Source: Candidatus Latescibacterota bacterium (GTDB lineage Bacteria; Latescibacterota; UBA2968). Taken from it: a stretch of DNA of 64,000 bases. The position numbers were made by a program, and so were the translations under genes. Location: the NCBI GenBank assembly GCA_965204375.1, contig OZ241986.1, positions 1,152,001-1,216,000 on the forward strand, read 5' to 3'. Under the pieces are notes generated by a model that had not been told where the DNA came from, searched no databases, and was given only the letters and a program-made list of their open reading frames with translations. Shown piece by piece: positions 9,304 to 19,385 of this stretch (its first letter is position 1; the number at the start of each line of letters is the position of its first letter).

Positions 9304-10269
9304 TTAAAAATACGGCTCGATATTTTTTTCGATGCGTTCGAGGATGGGGGTATCATCCACTTCGGTTTCAAATGGTTCACCTGTTACGCGCTCGAACAAA
9401 TCGATGTATCGCGCGGAAACTTGTGTGCGAATTTCGTCATCCAATTCGGGAATATTATCGTCGGAAATTCCCTTATCCACGAGCCAGAGGCGCAAAAATT
9501 CTTTGTCCAGACTTTCGGGTTCTTCGCCGCGCGCATGGAGGTCTTCATAAGAGTCCAGGATCCAGTAGCGCGAAGAGTCGGGCGTGTGAATCTCATCGGC
9601 GACGGTTAGATTGCCATCTGGGTCCAGTCCCATTTCGTATTTTGTATCCACGAGAATCAAACCGCGCTGTGCGGCCAGTTCTGTGCCGCGTGCGAACAAT
9701 TCCAGAGCCACTTTCTCGACTTCTGCCCATCTTTCTGCATCGACCAGACCGCGCTCGACAATTTCCTCCGGCGAGATCGATTCGTCGTGATCTTCTGCTT
9801 TTGTGGTCGGCGTGATAATCGGTTCGTCAAATTTCTGATTTTTTATCATGCCGTCGGGCAAATCAACGCCGCAGAATTTCCGTACACCATTATTGTAATT
9901 TGTCCATACTGAGGTGTCTGTGCTGCCGGTCAGGTATCGCCGTACGACGATTTCGACGAGTAGCATATCGAGTTCCCGCGCAACCGTCACATTGGGGTCC
10001 GGTACGTCAAGTACCTGATTGGGTACGATATCTGCGGTCTGATCAAACCAGTATTTTGCGGTTTTGTTCAATACCTGTCCCTTCAGGGGGATCGCACCGA
10101 GTACATGGTCAAACGCGCTTTGCCGGTCTGTGGTGATGAGAATGCGTTTGTCGTCGAGGAGATAGATGTCCCGCACTTTCCCTTTTTGGTATTGATTCGC
10201 CCAACGGTCAAATTTGGCTTCCAATAAACAGTTATTCAGTTGTGAACGGATTTGGTCTTGAGAAATCAT
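9304..10269 (-). CDS. purC: SAICAR synthase
   Basis: GKVRDIY, TDRQSAFD, IPLKGQVL, ITPTTKA, LILVDTKYEMG, DEIHTPDSSRYW. Confidence 0.95.
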   Translation of the reverse strand: MISQDQIRSQLNNCLLEAKFDRWANQYQKGKVRDIYLLDDKRILITTDRQSAFDHVLGAIPLKGQVLNKTAKYWFDQTADIVPNQVLDVPDPNVTVARELDMLLVEIVVRRYLTGSTDTSVWTNYNNGVRKFCGVDLPDGMIKNQKFDEPIITPTTKAEDHDESISPEEIVERGLVDAERWAEVEKVALELFARGTELAAQRGLILVDTKYEMGLDPDGNLTVADEIHTPDSSRYWILDSYEDLHARGEEPESLDKEFLRLWLVDKGISDDNIPELDDEIRTQVSARYIDLFERVTGEPFETEVDDTPILERIEKNIEPYF

Positions 10270-10306
10270 GGATATACACTCCTTAAAAAAATTATTTATG
10301 GTTGCT

Positions 10307-12295
10307 TTATGCCGCGCGGAAATGTACGGCGTGGCCCCTTTCTGGGAACCAGATTACGTCCAGCATCAGGGACAGGGCTACGCCGAGGACATAGCCGACG
10401 AGCAAACCGATGAAAAAGGGGCGGGATTTGTGATAGACAGAGGGGCCGCCCACTTTGAGCATCACCAGCTTAATCAGCCAGGCGATAAATAATGTGAAAC
10501 TGCTGGCGCGAATCAAGGGCGTTCCAGAAAGCGCGAGGCCCACCGGGTGCAGGGGCCACCACACAAACCGATGGCGCATAAAAATGAGGCCAATCATCGC
10601 CAGACCGCCTATGCCGAAAAAGACCAGATTTTCGGGATTATCCACGTAAAAGGGCGGATTGTCGGCATTCTTGACCGCGTTGGCGGAATTCCTGAAATAA
10701 TTGCGCGCGCTTCTGGGAATTTCGTGGACATTAAAATTAAACGCGCCCTCGTCATAGCCCAATTTCAAAGTGAGAAAAATACTCGTTACAAAACTCACCG
10801 CAAAAGCCATGTAAAGCGTGGCTATTAACTTGCGGCGGTTGTCGGTGATGCCCTCGGACAACTTGCCGACCTGTGCGGTCGCTGGCAAAAACAAGCCCTT
10901 GGCATTTCCCGTAATCAAATTGGCAAAGCGAAACGCCACATGCGTGGTGGGTGGAATCCCGACATTGCCGAAAAAGGGCGCTACGTAATTCCACGCAATT
11001 CCCGGTATCTGCGTGTAGGGCATGCCGGTGTCTGACAAAATTTTCGCCATTCCAATATATCCACAAACGCACGCCATTAGCAGAAGGGCACTGATGATGG
11101 GATCCATGTTCATCTGCATCATCCAGATAAACAAAAACGCGAGGCCCGCCACCACGCCGATCACAGCGGCGCGATAGGACAGTAGTTCATCGCGGTCATC
11201 CACGCTGTCGTCTTTGCCAAGAGCTTTCATTATCACATCCCGCAAATGCAGCCGCGCCACCCAGAACATCGAAATCACCAGCACGACGAACGCGCCGCGC
11301 GTCTGCCATTGGTACACGCCGCGATAGGCAACGGGAACCATGGATTTATATCCCAATTTATTGAGCCAGCCGCCTTCGACAATGAAGAGGAGATCGAATA
11401 CCCATAAGCTGAGCAACACATCGAGACTGGCAAAATAGGAAAAGAAGATGGAAAACAAGCCCACCGATGCCCGAATGCGCGGAAATTGTGGGTCAATGAT
11501 ATGCCATCTGCCCCCGTGAATGGGAAAGCGCGGGAAATTTGGCAAAAAATAATTGATACAATTCCAGGCGATCATGCCAAATGCCAGGGCGAATCCAACC
11601 CAGAACAGGCGATTGTACATAAAGCCGGGCAATGCGCGTTTGTCGCCTCCGGGTTCGGACACCATATTGATAAGGGGGGCCATGGCTGGATATGCCAGGC
11701 GTTCGTTTTGCACCCACTGTTTTCTAAAAATGACGCCTATACAGACCAGCACGACAAACGCTGCCGTAAAAGCCATAAACCACCAGAATAGCGGCAGTAC
11801 CCATATATCCCATGGGATAGCTGCGCCTTCGGGACGGCCTTCAAAAAACCATGCGATTCCATTGCCAGCATTGGTGGGAATCATAAAATCGGGCAGATGC
11901 GGGTGCAGTAATTCGGCCCAGTTGTTGTCTTCGGTCGCGTAAAAATAAGGTGCAGAAATATACCCGATCAAATACCCCGTGCTGCTCCAGCTCGGTATGG
12001 TTGCGCCCACGAGGCCCATCGACAAAATGGTGTGCCATTCTCCGGATTGAAGTGAGAATCGCGCAAGCCTGCCCATTATTGCGAGCGCAATCAGCATGGT
12101 AATAAATACGATGAGCATGGCCATTGGAATGTGCGATAGCACCATGCGCGAGCCGTGATAATGAAATCGCACATAGACCGCTATCACATCCAGTAGTACC
12201 ACCAGGAGCAGTCCCAATCCGATGGCCCGTGGCGTAATGCCCCCGCGAGGAGATTGTTCGGCCTCGCGGCCAATATTTGGTACTTGTGTTGCCAT
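10307..12295 (-). CDS. Polytopic membrane protein, DUF6785/DUF6784-like (putative transporter)
   Basis: Many TM segments; QWVQNERLAYP and WWPLHPVG motifs shared with the paralog at 60876. Confidence 0.7.
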   Translation of the reverse strand: MATQVPNIGREAEQSPRGGITPRAIGLGLLLVVLLDVIAVYVRFHYHGSRMVLSHIPMAMLIVFITMLIALAIMGRLARFSLQSGEWHTILSMGLVGATIPSWSSTGYLIGYISAPYFYATEDNNWAELLHPHLPDFMIPTNAGNGIAWFFEGRPEGAAIPWDIWVLPLFWWFMAFTAAFVVLVCIGVIFRKQWVQNERLAYPAMAPLINMVSEPGGDKRALPGFMYNRLFWVGFALAFGMIAWNCINYFLPNFPRFPIHGGRWHIIDPQFPRIRASVGLFSIFFSYFASLDVLLSLWVFDLLFIVEGGWLNKLGYKSMVPVAYRGVYQWQTRGAFVVLVISMFWVARLHLRDVIMKALGKDDSVDDRDELLSYRAAVIGVVAGLAFLFIWMMQMNMDPIISALLLMACVCGYIGMAKILSDTGMPYTQIPGIAWNYVAPFFGNVGIPPTTHVAFRFANLITGNAKGLFLPATAQVGKLSEGITDNRRKLIATLYMAFAVSFVTSIFLTLKLGYDEGAFNFNVHEIPRSARNYFRNSANAVKNADNPPFYVDNPENLVFFGIGGLAMIGLIFMRHRFVWWPLHPVGLALSGTPLIRASSFTLFIAWLIKLVMLKVGGPSVYHKSRPFFIGLLVGYVLGVALSLMLDVIWFPERGHAVHFRAA

Positions 12296-12326
12296 CCTCG
12301 ATGTTCCTTAAAGAAATTCAGCGAAT

Positions 12327-13061
12327 CTACAGTGCATGTCCGCGCAAAACTTCGCGGCACTGTCCCTCGCTATTGCCCGTCACATTGTAGGCAAAGGTAT
12401 TCATGCGGCGGTCTCGATGCGATGTATTTGGTCCCGATCCGTGGATGGTCAAGGCACTGAAAAACACACCATCGCCCGGTTCCATCGCCACGGGTACCGC
12501 GTCTTCTCGCTCGCGGTAGTGTCCCGGCAAAAATACGCCAAAACTCGTTTGTGCGCGTTCGTGTTCTTGTAGGCCCCATTTGTGGCTGCCGGGGATGAAT
12601 TGAATACATCCGTTTTCATCATCTGTCCCGTCAATGGCGAGTTGGCAATTCACCATCAAAGGCCGATTGTCTTCGCGTTTCCAATACGCGTAATCCTGAT
12701 GCCAGGGTATTGCCGTGCCATCGCGTGCGGCTTTCATCAATAGCTTGCTGTGATACAGTGAGATATTTGGTCCAATCAGTACCTCAATAATATCCAACAT
12801 GCCATCGCAGCGCAATGCGCGATTTAATCCCTCGCTGATTACTTCGCTGTGCATCAACTGTCGGATACGCCTGGGCAGGTGTTCATCCTCAAATTCTTCC
12901 CATGAGATCCCGACTCCACCGTGTGCGTTTTCTGCCATTCGCTCGTGCAAGCCCGCAATTTCGCGTTCGATATGGGAAATCTCTCCGGAGGTGATCAATC
13001 CCTTTTTTAACACATATCCATTCTGATCGTAGAATTTTTGTTCTGCATCTGTTAGTCCCAT
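12327..13061 (-). CDS. Phytanoyl-CoA dioxygenase (PhyH) family Fe/2OG enzyme
   Basis: WHQD…ENGCIQFIPGSH…IHGSGPN…R. Confidence 0.85.
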   Translation of the reverse strand: MGLTDAEQKFYDQNGYVLKKGLITSGEISHIEREIAGLHERMAENAHGGVGISWEEFEDEHLPRRIRQLMHSEVISEGLNRALRCDGMLDIIEVLIGPNISLYHSKLLMKAARDGTAIPWHQDYAYWKREDNRPLMVNCQLAIDGTDDENGCIQFIPGSHKWGLQEHERAQTSFGVFLPGHYREREDAVPVAMEPGDGVFFSALTIHGSGPNTSHRDRRMNTFAYNVTGNSEGQCREVLRGHAL

Positions 13062-13266
13062 TGAACACTCCTTTGTTGTTTCACAGCATCTAATTTACAA
13101 ATTATGACGCGCTCTTGCAAAATCAATTATATTGTATAGCGTGCAAATTAGAAATAGGGAACAGAAATAGAGTGGTTAACGTCTTAAATTGATGCGTTAT
13201 GATTATTTTAGAGAAAAATCCGACCTTTTTTCACCGCCCAATTGGGCATAAAAATAAGGAAAGCCG

Positions 13267-15423
13267 ATGAAAATACGTATTCTTTTTTCTTTGTTATTTT
13301 GTAGTTCCCTTTTGGGAAGTATTTCCGAGGCGTCTGATTGGACACACTGGCGCGGTCCTATGCAAAATGGCGCTTCGCCGGAGACGGGGCTTATTTCTAC
13401 ATGGTCTCTGGAGGGCGAAAATCTGATCTGGCGTCGCGAGTTTATCGGCAGATCTACACCGATTATTGTAAATGGTCGGGTCTATGTTATCGGGCGAACC
13501 GGCAAAGACATAACCGAGCAGGAGCACATCGCGTGTTTTGATGCGGAAAAGGGCGATCTCATTTGGGAAAAAAAGTTCAATGTCTGGCACTCAACCATAA
13601 CCTTCAATCGTCTGGGATGGGCAAGCCTGGGGGCCGATGGCGAGACCGGTAATATTTACGCCCATCTCGTCAGTGGGTTATTGATCTGTTTTGATACCGA
13701 TGGCTATGTCCAGTGGCAGCGGTCTCTAACCGAAGAATTTAACCGATTCTCCGGTTATGGCGGGCGATTGCACACGCCCGTTGTCGATGGCGATCTGGTC
13801 ATCATCAGCATGGGCAATCGCGGATGGGCTGGCGCACCGCCTTCTCATCGGTATGTTGCCTTTAATAAACACACGGGTGAAACCGCGTGGATGGCTCGTC
13901 CGGGCGGCGGTGGGCAGGTTGATTTAACCGTTTACTCTACGCCTGTTGTCACGACAATTGACGGGCAGCGCGTGTTGGTTGCTGGCAATGGCAATGGCGG
14001 TATTTTTGCCTTCAAAGTCGCAACGGGCGAAAAAGTATGGGGTTTTCCATTCAGTAAGCGCGGCATCAACACTTCGCCTGTCGTGGCTGATAATCGCGTT
14101 TTTGTCGCACATAGCGAAGAAAATGTCGATAATACCTCTCTTGGTCGCGTTACATGTCTGGATGCGCGTACGGGCAAAGAAATCTGGCGACAAGACGGTA
14201 TGACCTCGGGCTATGCTTCGCCAGCGGTTCACGCGGGGCGCGTCTATGTGATCGACAATTCGGCCAATGTGCATTGTTTAGACGCCAAAACGGGAAAGCA
14301 ATATTGGGAACAAAATATCGGCACTGTGGGCAAGGGATCGCCGACCTGGGCCGATGGAAAACTCTATGTTACTGAGGTCAATGGCGGCTTCCAGATTCTC
14401 AAAACGAACAATATGGGCGCGGAAGTGCTCGACAAAAAGAAAATCGCAATGCCCGAAGGTGGGCATGCCGAGATCTACGGGTCAGTCGCTGTTGCGTATC
14501 GCCGCATCTATTTTGCGACCGAAGCCGGGTTGTTTTGTCTGGGCGATAAAAACGCGCGATTTGAAGTCACGCCTTCTCCTCATACAAAGCACGAAAGCGC
14601 GCCTTCGAGTGCCGAACCAGCATCTATTCTTTCTATTCCGGCTGAGGCGACCATACAACAGGGCGAGGTACTGCCCCTGCGGGCAGAGGCTTATGACGAG
14701 AAGGGGCGCTTGATCGGCAATGCCGACGCCGAGTGGTCGTTGAATGGCCTGGATGGAGAAATAAAGAATAATCAGTTTGTACCATCCCGACCGGGACAGG
14801 GCGGCTGGATCACGGCCAAACTGGGTGAATTAACCCGACAAACCTGGGTGCGCGTGGTGCCCGATGTGCCCTGGACAGAGGATTTTGAAAATGTCGAAGT
14901 CGGCACAAATCCATTGCACTGGGTGTGGGGGGGAAGGGGTTTTGCGGTGGAGGAAAAAGATGGCAACAAGGTTCTGGCAAAACCACCGGCTGCACGCGGC
15001 TTAGATCGCTCAAATCTCTATGTGGCGCCGTACAAACTCAGTGGCTATACTATTCAGGCCGATCTTATGGGTACGCAAAACAAGCGGCGTCGTCCCGATA
15101 TGGGTCTTATCGCGCATCGCTATATCCTCGATCTTCAAGGCATTCACCAGCGCCTCGAGATTCGGTCGTGGTCGTCGGATTTGCGTATGGCAAAACGCAT
15201 TGATTTCCACTGGGATATGGGGGTGTGGTACACCATGAAAATGAGAGTTGATATCGAAGGCGGCAAAGCTATCGTTCGGGGCAAAGTCTGGAAAAAAGGC
15301 GATCCCGAACCCGATGCGTGGAGTATTGAAGTAGAGGATCCCCTGCCGATAGAAGAGGGCAGCCCCGCGCTTTACGGCTATTCACCCGCCACGATTTACT
15401 ACGATAATGTGAAACTGTGGTAA
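13267..15423 (+). CDS. Exported PQQ-like (BamB-type) beta-propeller protein with extra C-terminal beta-sandwich domains
   Basis: Signal peptide, DWTHWRGP, repeated 'DAxTGKxxW' W-motifs, ~280 aa C-terminal extension. Confidence 0.85.
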   Translation: MKIRILFSLLFCSSLLGSISEASDWTHWRGPMQNGASPETGLISTWSLEGENLIWRREFIGRSTPIIVNGRVYVIGRTGKDITEQEHIACFDAEKGDLIWEKKFNVWHSTITFNRLGWASLGADGETGNIYAHLVSGLLICFDTDGYVQWQRSLTEEFNRFSGYGGRLHTPVVDGDLVIISMGNRGWAGAPPSHRYVAFNKHTGETAWMARPGGGGQVDLTVYSTPVVTTIDGQRVLVAGNGNGGIFAFKVATGEKVWGFPFSKRGINTSPVVADNRVFVAHSEENVDNTSLGRVTCLDARTGKEIWRQDGMTSGYASPAVHAGRVYVIDNSANVHCLDAKTGKQYWEQNIGTVGKGSPTWADGKLYVTEVNGGFQILKTNNMGAEVLDKKKIAMPEGGHAEIYGSVAVAYRRIYFATEAGLFCLGDKNARFEVTPSPHTKHESAPSSAEPASILSIPAEATIQQGEVLPLRAEAYDEKGRLIGNADAEWSLNGLDGEIKNNQFVPSRPGQGGWITAKLGELTRQTWVRVVPDVPWTEDFENVEVGTNPLHWVWGGRGFAVEEKDGNKVLAKPPAARGLDRSNLYVAPYKLSGYTIQADLMGTQNKRRRPDMGLIAHRYILDLQGIHQRLEIRSWSSDLRMAKRIDFHWDMGVWYTMKMRVDIEGGKAIVRGKVWKKGDPEPDAWSIEVEDPLPIEEGSPALYGYSPATIYYDNVKLW

Positions 15424-15455
15424 TCTTTATAACCCCTTACAGGTAAAGGAATAAA

Positions 15456-16883
15456 ATGAAATTGAAACGACTTTTTAGCGGATGTGTCATCGTTGGTTTG
15501 ATCGTATCGACTGGTATTGCTGAAGAGGTTATGTGGGGATTTACTCCAGATCGCAACCTCGTGTCAGACGCAAAAAATTTGCCGATGAACTGGAATGTAG
15601 AAACGGGTGAAAATATCGTCTGGAAAGCAGATCTCGGTTCGCAGTCCTACGCCGGTCCCATCAGGATTGGTGGGAAAATATTCATGGGCACAAATAACCA
15701 GATTGAGCGCAATCCCAAAGTTACGGGTGACAAGGGCGTGATCATGGCTTTTCAGGAATCCGATGGAAAATTTCTCTGGCAAGCAGCGCATCCCAAGCTG
15801 CCCGCGGGGCGCGTCAATGACTGGCCACAACAGGGCATTTGCTCCACGCCTTATATTCGCGGAGATCGGATGTATTATATCTCGAATCAATGTCGCGTGG
15901 TGAGTGCGGATACAGAGGGGTTTTTGGATGGGGAAAATGACGGTCCATATACCGGGGAAGAGGATACGAGCGACATCGGTGTGGATATTATCTGGGAATA
16001 CGACATGATGGAAGAACTGGATGTGTTCCCTCACAATTTGGCGACCTGTTCGCCCGTGGGGGCGGGCAATCTCCTGTTTGTCATCACCGCCAATGGTGTT
16101 GACGAGGGTCACATTGCCATCCCTTCACCTCTATCGCCCAGCTTTATTGCGGTCGATCTCAATACGGGGGAACTGGTATGGGAAAAAGCCTATCCGGGTG
16201 AAAGTATCTTGCACGGGCAGTGGTCCAATCCCGCTTATGGCGTTATCAATGGCAAGCCGCAGGTGATCTGCCCTGGGGGCGATGGCTGGGTTTATTCGCT
16301 GGAAGCCGAGACCGGGGACTTGATCTGGAAATTTGACTGCAATCCAAAAGACTCTGTGTGGGAATTGGGTGGACGGGGCACGCGCAATGCGATTATCTCC
16401 ACTCCAGTTATTTACGATAACAAGGTTTTTATCGGCGTTGGGCAAGATCCGGAGCACGGCGAGGGCATTGGTCATTTGTGGGCTATTGATGCAACGGGTA
16501 CAGGAGATGTGACGGGAAGCCATGCAGTTTGGCACTTTGGCAATGAAAATTACAACCGGACTATTTCTACGGTGGGCATCAGCGATGGCCTGCTCTATGC
16601 GGCAGATCTGAGTGGGTTTGTCTATTGTCTCGACGTAAAAACTGGCAAACAGCACTGGAAATACGATACATTTGCCGCGATATGGGGATCGCCTTTTGTC
16701 GCTGATGGGAAGGTATATATCGGCGATGAAGATGGCGATGTGGCGATTTTGAAAGCTGGAACACAATTTGAACTGATCAACGAAATCAACATGGGCAGTG
16801 CCGTATATACCACGCCTATTGCAAAAGATGGCATGCTCTACATTGGCACGCGCAATACGCTGTATGCGATTAAGGGCGAGTAG
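15456..16883 (+). CDS. Exported PQQ-like beta-propeller protein
   Basis: Signal peptide; repeats DLNTGELVW, EAETGDLIW, DVKTGKQHW. Confidence 0.85.
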   Translation: MKLKRLFSGCVIVGLIVSTGIAEEVMWGFTPDRNLVSDAKNLPMNWNVETGENIVWKADLGSQSYAGPIRIGGKIFMGTNNQIERNPKVTGDKGVIMAFQESDGKFLWQAAHPKLPAGRVNDWPQQGICSTPYIRGDRMYYISNQCRVVSADTEGFLDGENDGPYTGEEDTSDIGVDIIWEYDMMEELDVFPHNLATCSPVGAGNLLFVITANGVDEGHIAIPSPLSPSFIAVDLNTGELVWEKAYPGESILHGQWSNPAYGVINGKPQVICPGGDGWVYSLEAETGDLIWKFDCNPKDSVWELGGRGTRNAIISTPVIYDNKVFIGVGQDPEHGEGIGHLWAIDATGTGDVTGSHAVWHFGNENYNRTISTVGISDGLLYAADLSGFVYCLDVKTGKQHWKYDTFAAIWGSPFVADGKVYIGDEDGDVAILKAGTQFELINEINMGSAVYTTPIAKDGMLYIGTRNTLYAIKGE

Positions 16884-16896
16884 GAGAGGTCACAAT

Positions 16897-17985
16897 ATGG
16901 AAGTTCTGGCAACACCTATTGTCGATAAGGTCAAAGAAGCGCGCGATACCCTCGATGCCCATGTGCGAGATATGGTCGCCTGGCATTTTAATCCCACTAC
17001 GGGGTGTCCATTCTGGCTGGAATTTGCAGGGGAATTGGATTTTGATCCACGTCGAGAGATCGGTGGGTACAGTGATTTGAAATATCTCGGGCATTTCCAG
17101 GATGAATGGCTGCGCGGCGGTCCCGTGCGGCGATGGATCCCGAGGGGAAGCGAGGGGCAGCGGACTTATGTATTTGAAACGGGTGGCTCAACCGGTGTGC
17201 CCAAATATCGGATTAGTCAAAACGATTTTCAAATCGACTACGAGATGTTCAGTGAGCACCTTTCTGAAGAAACATTTCCAAAGGGTGCGGACTGGTTGAT
17301 GCTGGGACCCACAGGTCCCCGGCGATTGCGCCTGGCTGTCGAATATCTCTGTCAGATTCGCGGTGGGATTTGCTTTCTCGTGGATCTCGATCCCCGATGG
17401 GTCAACAAGCTGATCAAGCGCGGCGCCCTCCAGGAATTGGAACTCTACAAAGCCCATGTCATCGATCAGGCACTCACGATTCTGCGCGCCAATGACAATG
17501 TGAAATGCATGTTCACGACTCCCAAGCTTCTCGAAGAATTATGCGAAAAAATTTCTCTGCAAAAAGCCGGGATTAGCGGCATTTTCTGCGGGGGAACAGA
17601 GATGAACGCACAATTCAATCGCTTTGCGAGAGAAGAGCTTATCCCGGGCATTGATTTTGTTCCTACCTACGGCAATACCCTAATGGGACTGGCTTATTCC
17701 AAGCCGCTCGAATCCGGAGATAACTACGCGATTACGTATTATCCGCCCGTACCCCGCGCGTTTATCGAACTGGTAAAGCCGAACAATCCCGATGAAGTGG
17801 TCGATTACGACGAAGTCGGGCGCGTGATGCTGACGACGCTTACAAAAGAATTTTTTATGCCCCGCTTTCTCGAACGCGATGAGGCCGAACGCGCCAAACC
17901 GATTGAAGCCTATCCCTGGGATGGCGTGAGAAACCTGGGTCTGCTCTCTGAGTTGCAGGAATCCGTGGTCGTTGGGGTGTATTAA
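16897..17985 (+). CDS. EhpF/GriC-like adenylate-forming enzyme (aryl-carboxylate reductase adenylation subunit)
   Basis: WHF…TG.PFW, FDP, ETGGSTGVPK P-loop, PTGP, DLDPRWV, TTP, GGTE, YG.T, ERD and C-terminal GVY all match my recollection of EhpF-family motifs. RBS AGGAGAGG. Confidence 0.8.
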   Translation: MEVLATPIVDKVKEARDTLDAHVRDMVAWHFNPTTGCPFWLEFAGELDFDPRREIGGYSDLKYLGHFQDEWLRGGPVRRWIPRGSEGQRTYVFETGGSTGVPKYRISQNDFQIDYEMFSEHLSEETFPKGADWLMLGPTGPRRLRLAVEYLCQIRGGICFLVDLDPRWVNKLIKRGALQELELYKAHVIDQALTILRANDNVKCMFTTPKLLEELCEKISLQKAGISGIFCGGTEMNAQFNRFAREELIPGIDFVPTYGNTLMGLAYSKPLESGDNYAITYYPPVPRAFIELVKPNNPDEVVDYDEVGRVMLTTLTKEFFMPRFLERDEAERAKPIEAYPWDGVRNLGLLSELQESVVVGVY

Positions 17986-18004
17986 ATCGGGTGGATCGTA
18001 TCAC

Positions 18005-19144
18005 TCAAGGCAGTTCCACCTCACGGCAAAAGGTAGAAAAGGGCAACACGCGGGTGTTGTCTGTTGCGTTGCCAAAATCTTTTGTACCCAGGTGTACCTG
18101 GTAAAATCGCGGAATATCTGTTCGCTCTCTGAAGTACTTGCAGGCGGGCGAATTACCGCGCTCACCGGTTTTGCACTCGACGGCAAATTCAGCATATCCA
18201 TCGCGTAGAACGACAAAATCTACCTCGCGCTTGTCGGTATCTCGGATAAAGCGCAATTCCATGTCATATCCTTCCGTATCTTCGATATAGTGGCAGTACT
18301 TCAGTAAGTGTCCGGCCACCATGTTCTCAAACCGGGCACCGCGATCTGTTACGCGCGACCAGTCCCAGAAATACAGTTTTTTCTCCTTGCGCACAGCTCT
18401 GATCCTTTTCGCACCAAATGGTGGAATGCGATAGCACAGGTATAGCCTTTCAAAGATCGCGAGCCAGCGTTCGACGGTTTCGTGAGCCACTTGCAAGAGT
18501 TTGCTGAGGCTGTTGACCGAAAGCGGGGATCCCACACAGGCGGGCAGGTGAGATAGCAAGAGGTCTAACATGGATACCTCGCGCACATTTTCCAGATCGC
18601 GGAGGTCTTCATAGATGACTCTTGCGGAATGCTCGCGTAGCCACCTGCGGTGAAATCGCGTCTCCCCCCTGAGAAAAGGCTCCGGAAAACCGCCAAATCT
18701 GAGCAGTTGTGCCACGAGCGTGTTATCTGACTCCCGTCCGCATTCCATCAGCGTGAAGGGATGCAGGCGGTAGTAGTGATATCGCCCCTGCAAGGAGTCG
18801 CCGCCTTTGCGGTAGTAATCCAGCCGTGCCGAGCCAGTGACAATAAAAGAAACGGATGTCTTGTTTTTGTCGAATAGTCCTTTCATTAGATTTCGCCATT
18901 GTGCGTACTTGTGAATTTCATCGAAAATGATGCGGGTCTGTCCAGAAGGTAGTCGTCCCGCCAGAATGTCCTCGCGGTCGGCCAGTACATCCCAGTTCAG
19001 GTAGGCGGGTGATGACTCATTCTGATCTTGCCCCAACAGTGAGATTGCGAGTGTTGTTTTTCCAACCTGGCGCGGACCGCCGATGAATATCATTCTGTCT
19101 GCGATATCTGCTTCAATATGATCCGTGATGTAGCGGGGTTCCAT
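18005..19144 (-). CDS. AAA_14 + DUF4143 ATP-binding protein (ATPase with C-terminal PD-(D/E)XK-like domain)
   Basis: GPRQVGKTT, FDEIH, VTGSA, GGFPEP, KLYFWD, FENMV, EVDFV…ECK. Confidence 0.85.
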   Translation of the reverse strand: MEPRYITDHIEADIADRMIFIGGPRQVGKTTLAISLLGQDQNESSPAYLNWDVLADREDILAGRLPSGQTRIIFDEIHKYAQWRNLMKGLFDKNKTSVSFIVTGSARLDYYRKGGDSLQGRYHYYRLHPFTLMECGRESDNTLVAQLLRFGGFPEPFLRGETRFHRRWLREHSARVIYEDLRDLENVREVSMLDLLLSHLPACVGSPLSVNSLSKLLQVAHETVERWLAIFERLYLCYRIPPFGAKRIRAVRKEKKLYFWDWSRVTDRGARFENMVAGHLLKYCHYIEDTEGYDMELRFIRDTDKREVDFVVLRDGYAEFAVECKTGERGNSPACKYFRERTDIPRFYQVHLGTKDFGNATDNTRVLPFSTFCREVELP

Positions 19145-19165
19145 ACTTATTACCTTTCTTGCATG

Positions 19166-19233
19166 TCGTGAGTATTTTAGACTAAACCACAATATACTCG
19201 TGAGTATTTTAGAGTCAATATGAAAATACTCAC
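19166..19233 (-). promoter_or_regulatory. Sigma70-type promoter with overlapping operator-like repeats
   Basis: Minus strand TTGACT-N16-TATATT (19218-19191). TCGTGAGTATTTTAGA is repeated directly at 19166 and 19198, with an inverted core AAAATACTCAC at 19223. Confidence 0.6.
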
Positions 19234-19243
19234 ATTATTGCGC

Positions 19244-19272
19244 TTGCTTTTATTTGGGTGAAAAGCTACTTT
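19244..19272 (+). promoter_or_regulatory. Sigma70-type promoter candidate for the ALDH-onward part of the cluster
   Basis: TTGCTT-N17-TACTTT. Confidence 0.4.
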
Positions 19273-19385
19273 TTATGTTCTACAACGCAGTTTAAAACTA
19301 CACTTGTGCCTAATTTTATGACTATAAATCCCTTCCCAAAATGTTGCAGAGAGGCGATAATTAGTCTTTCAAAGAGGCGAGATAT

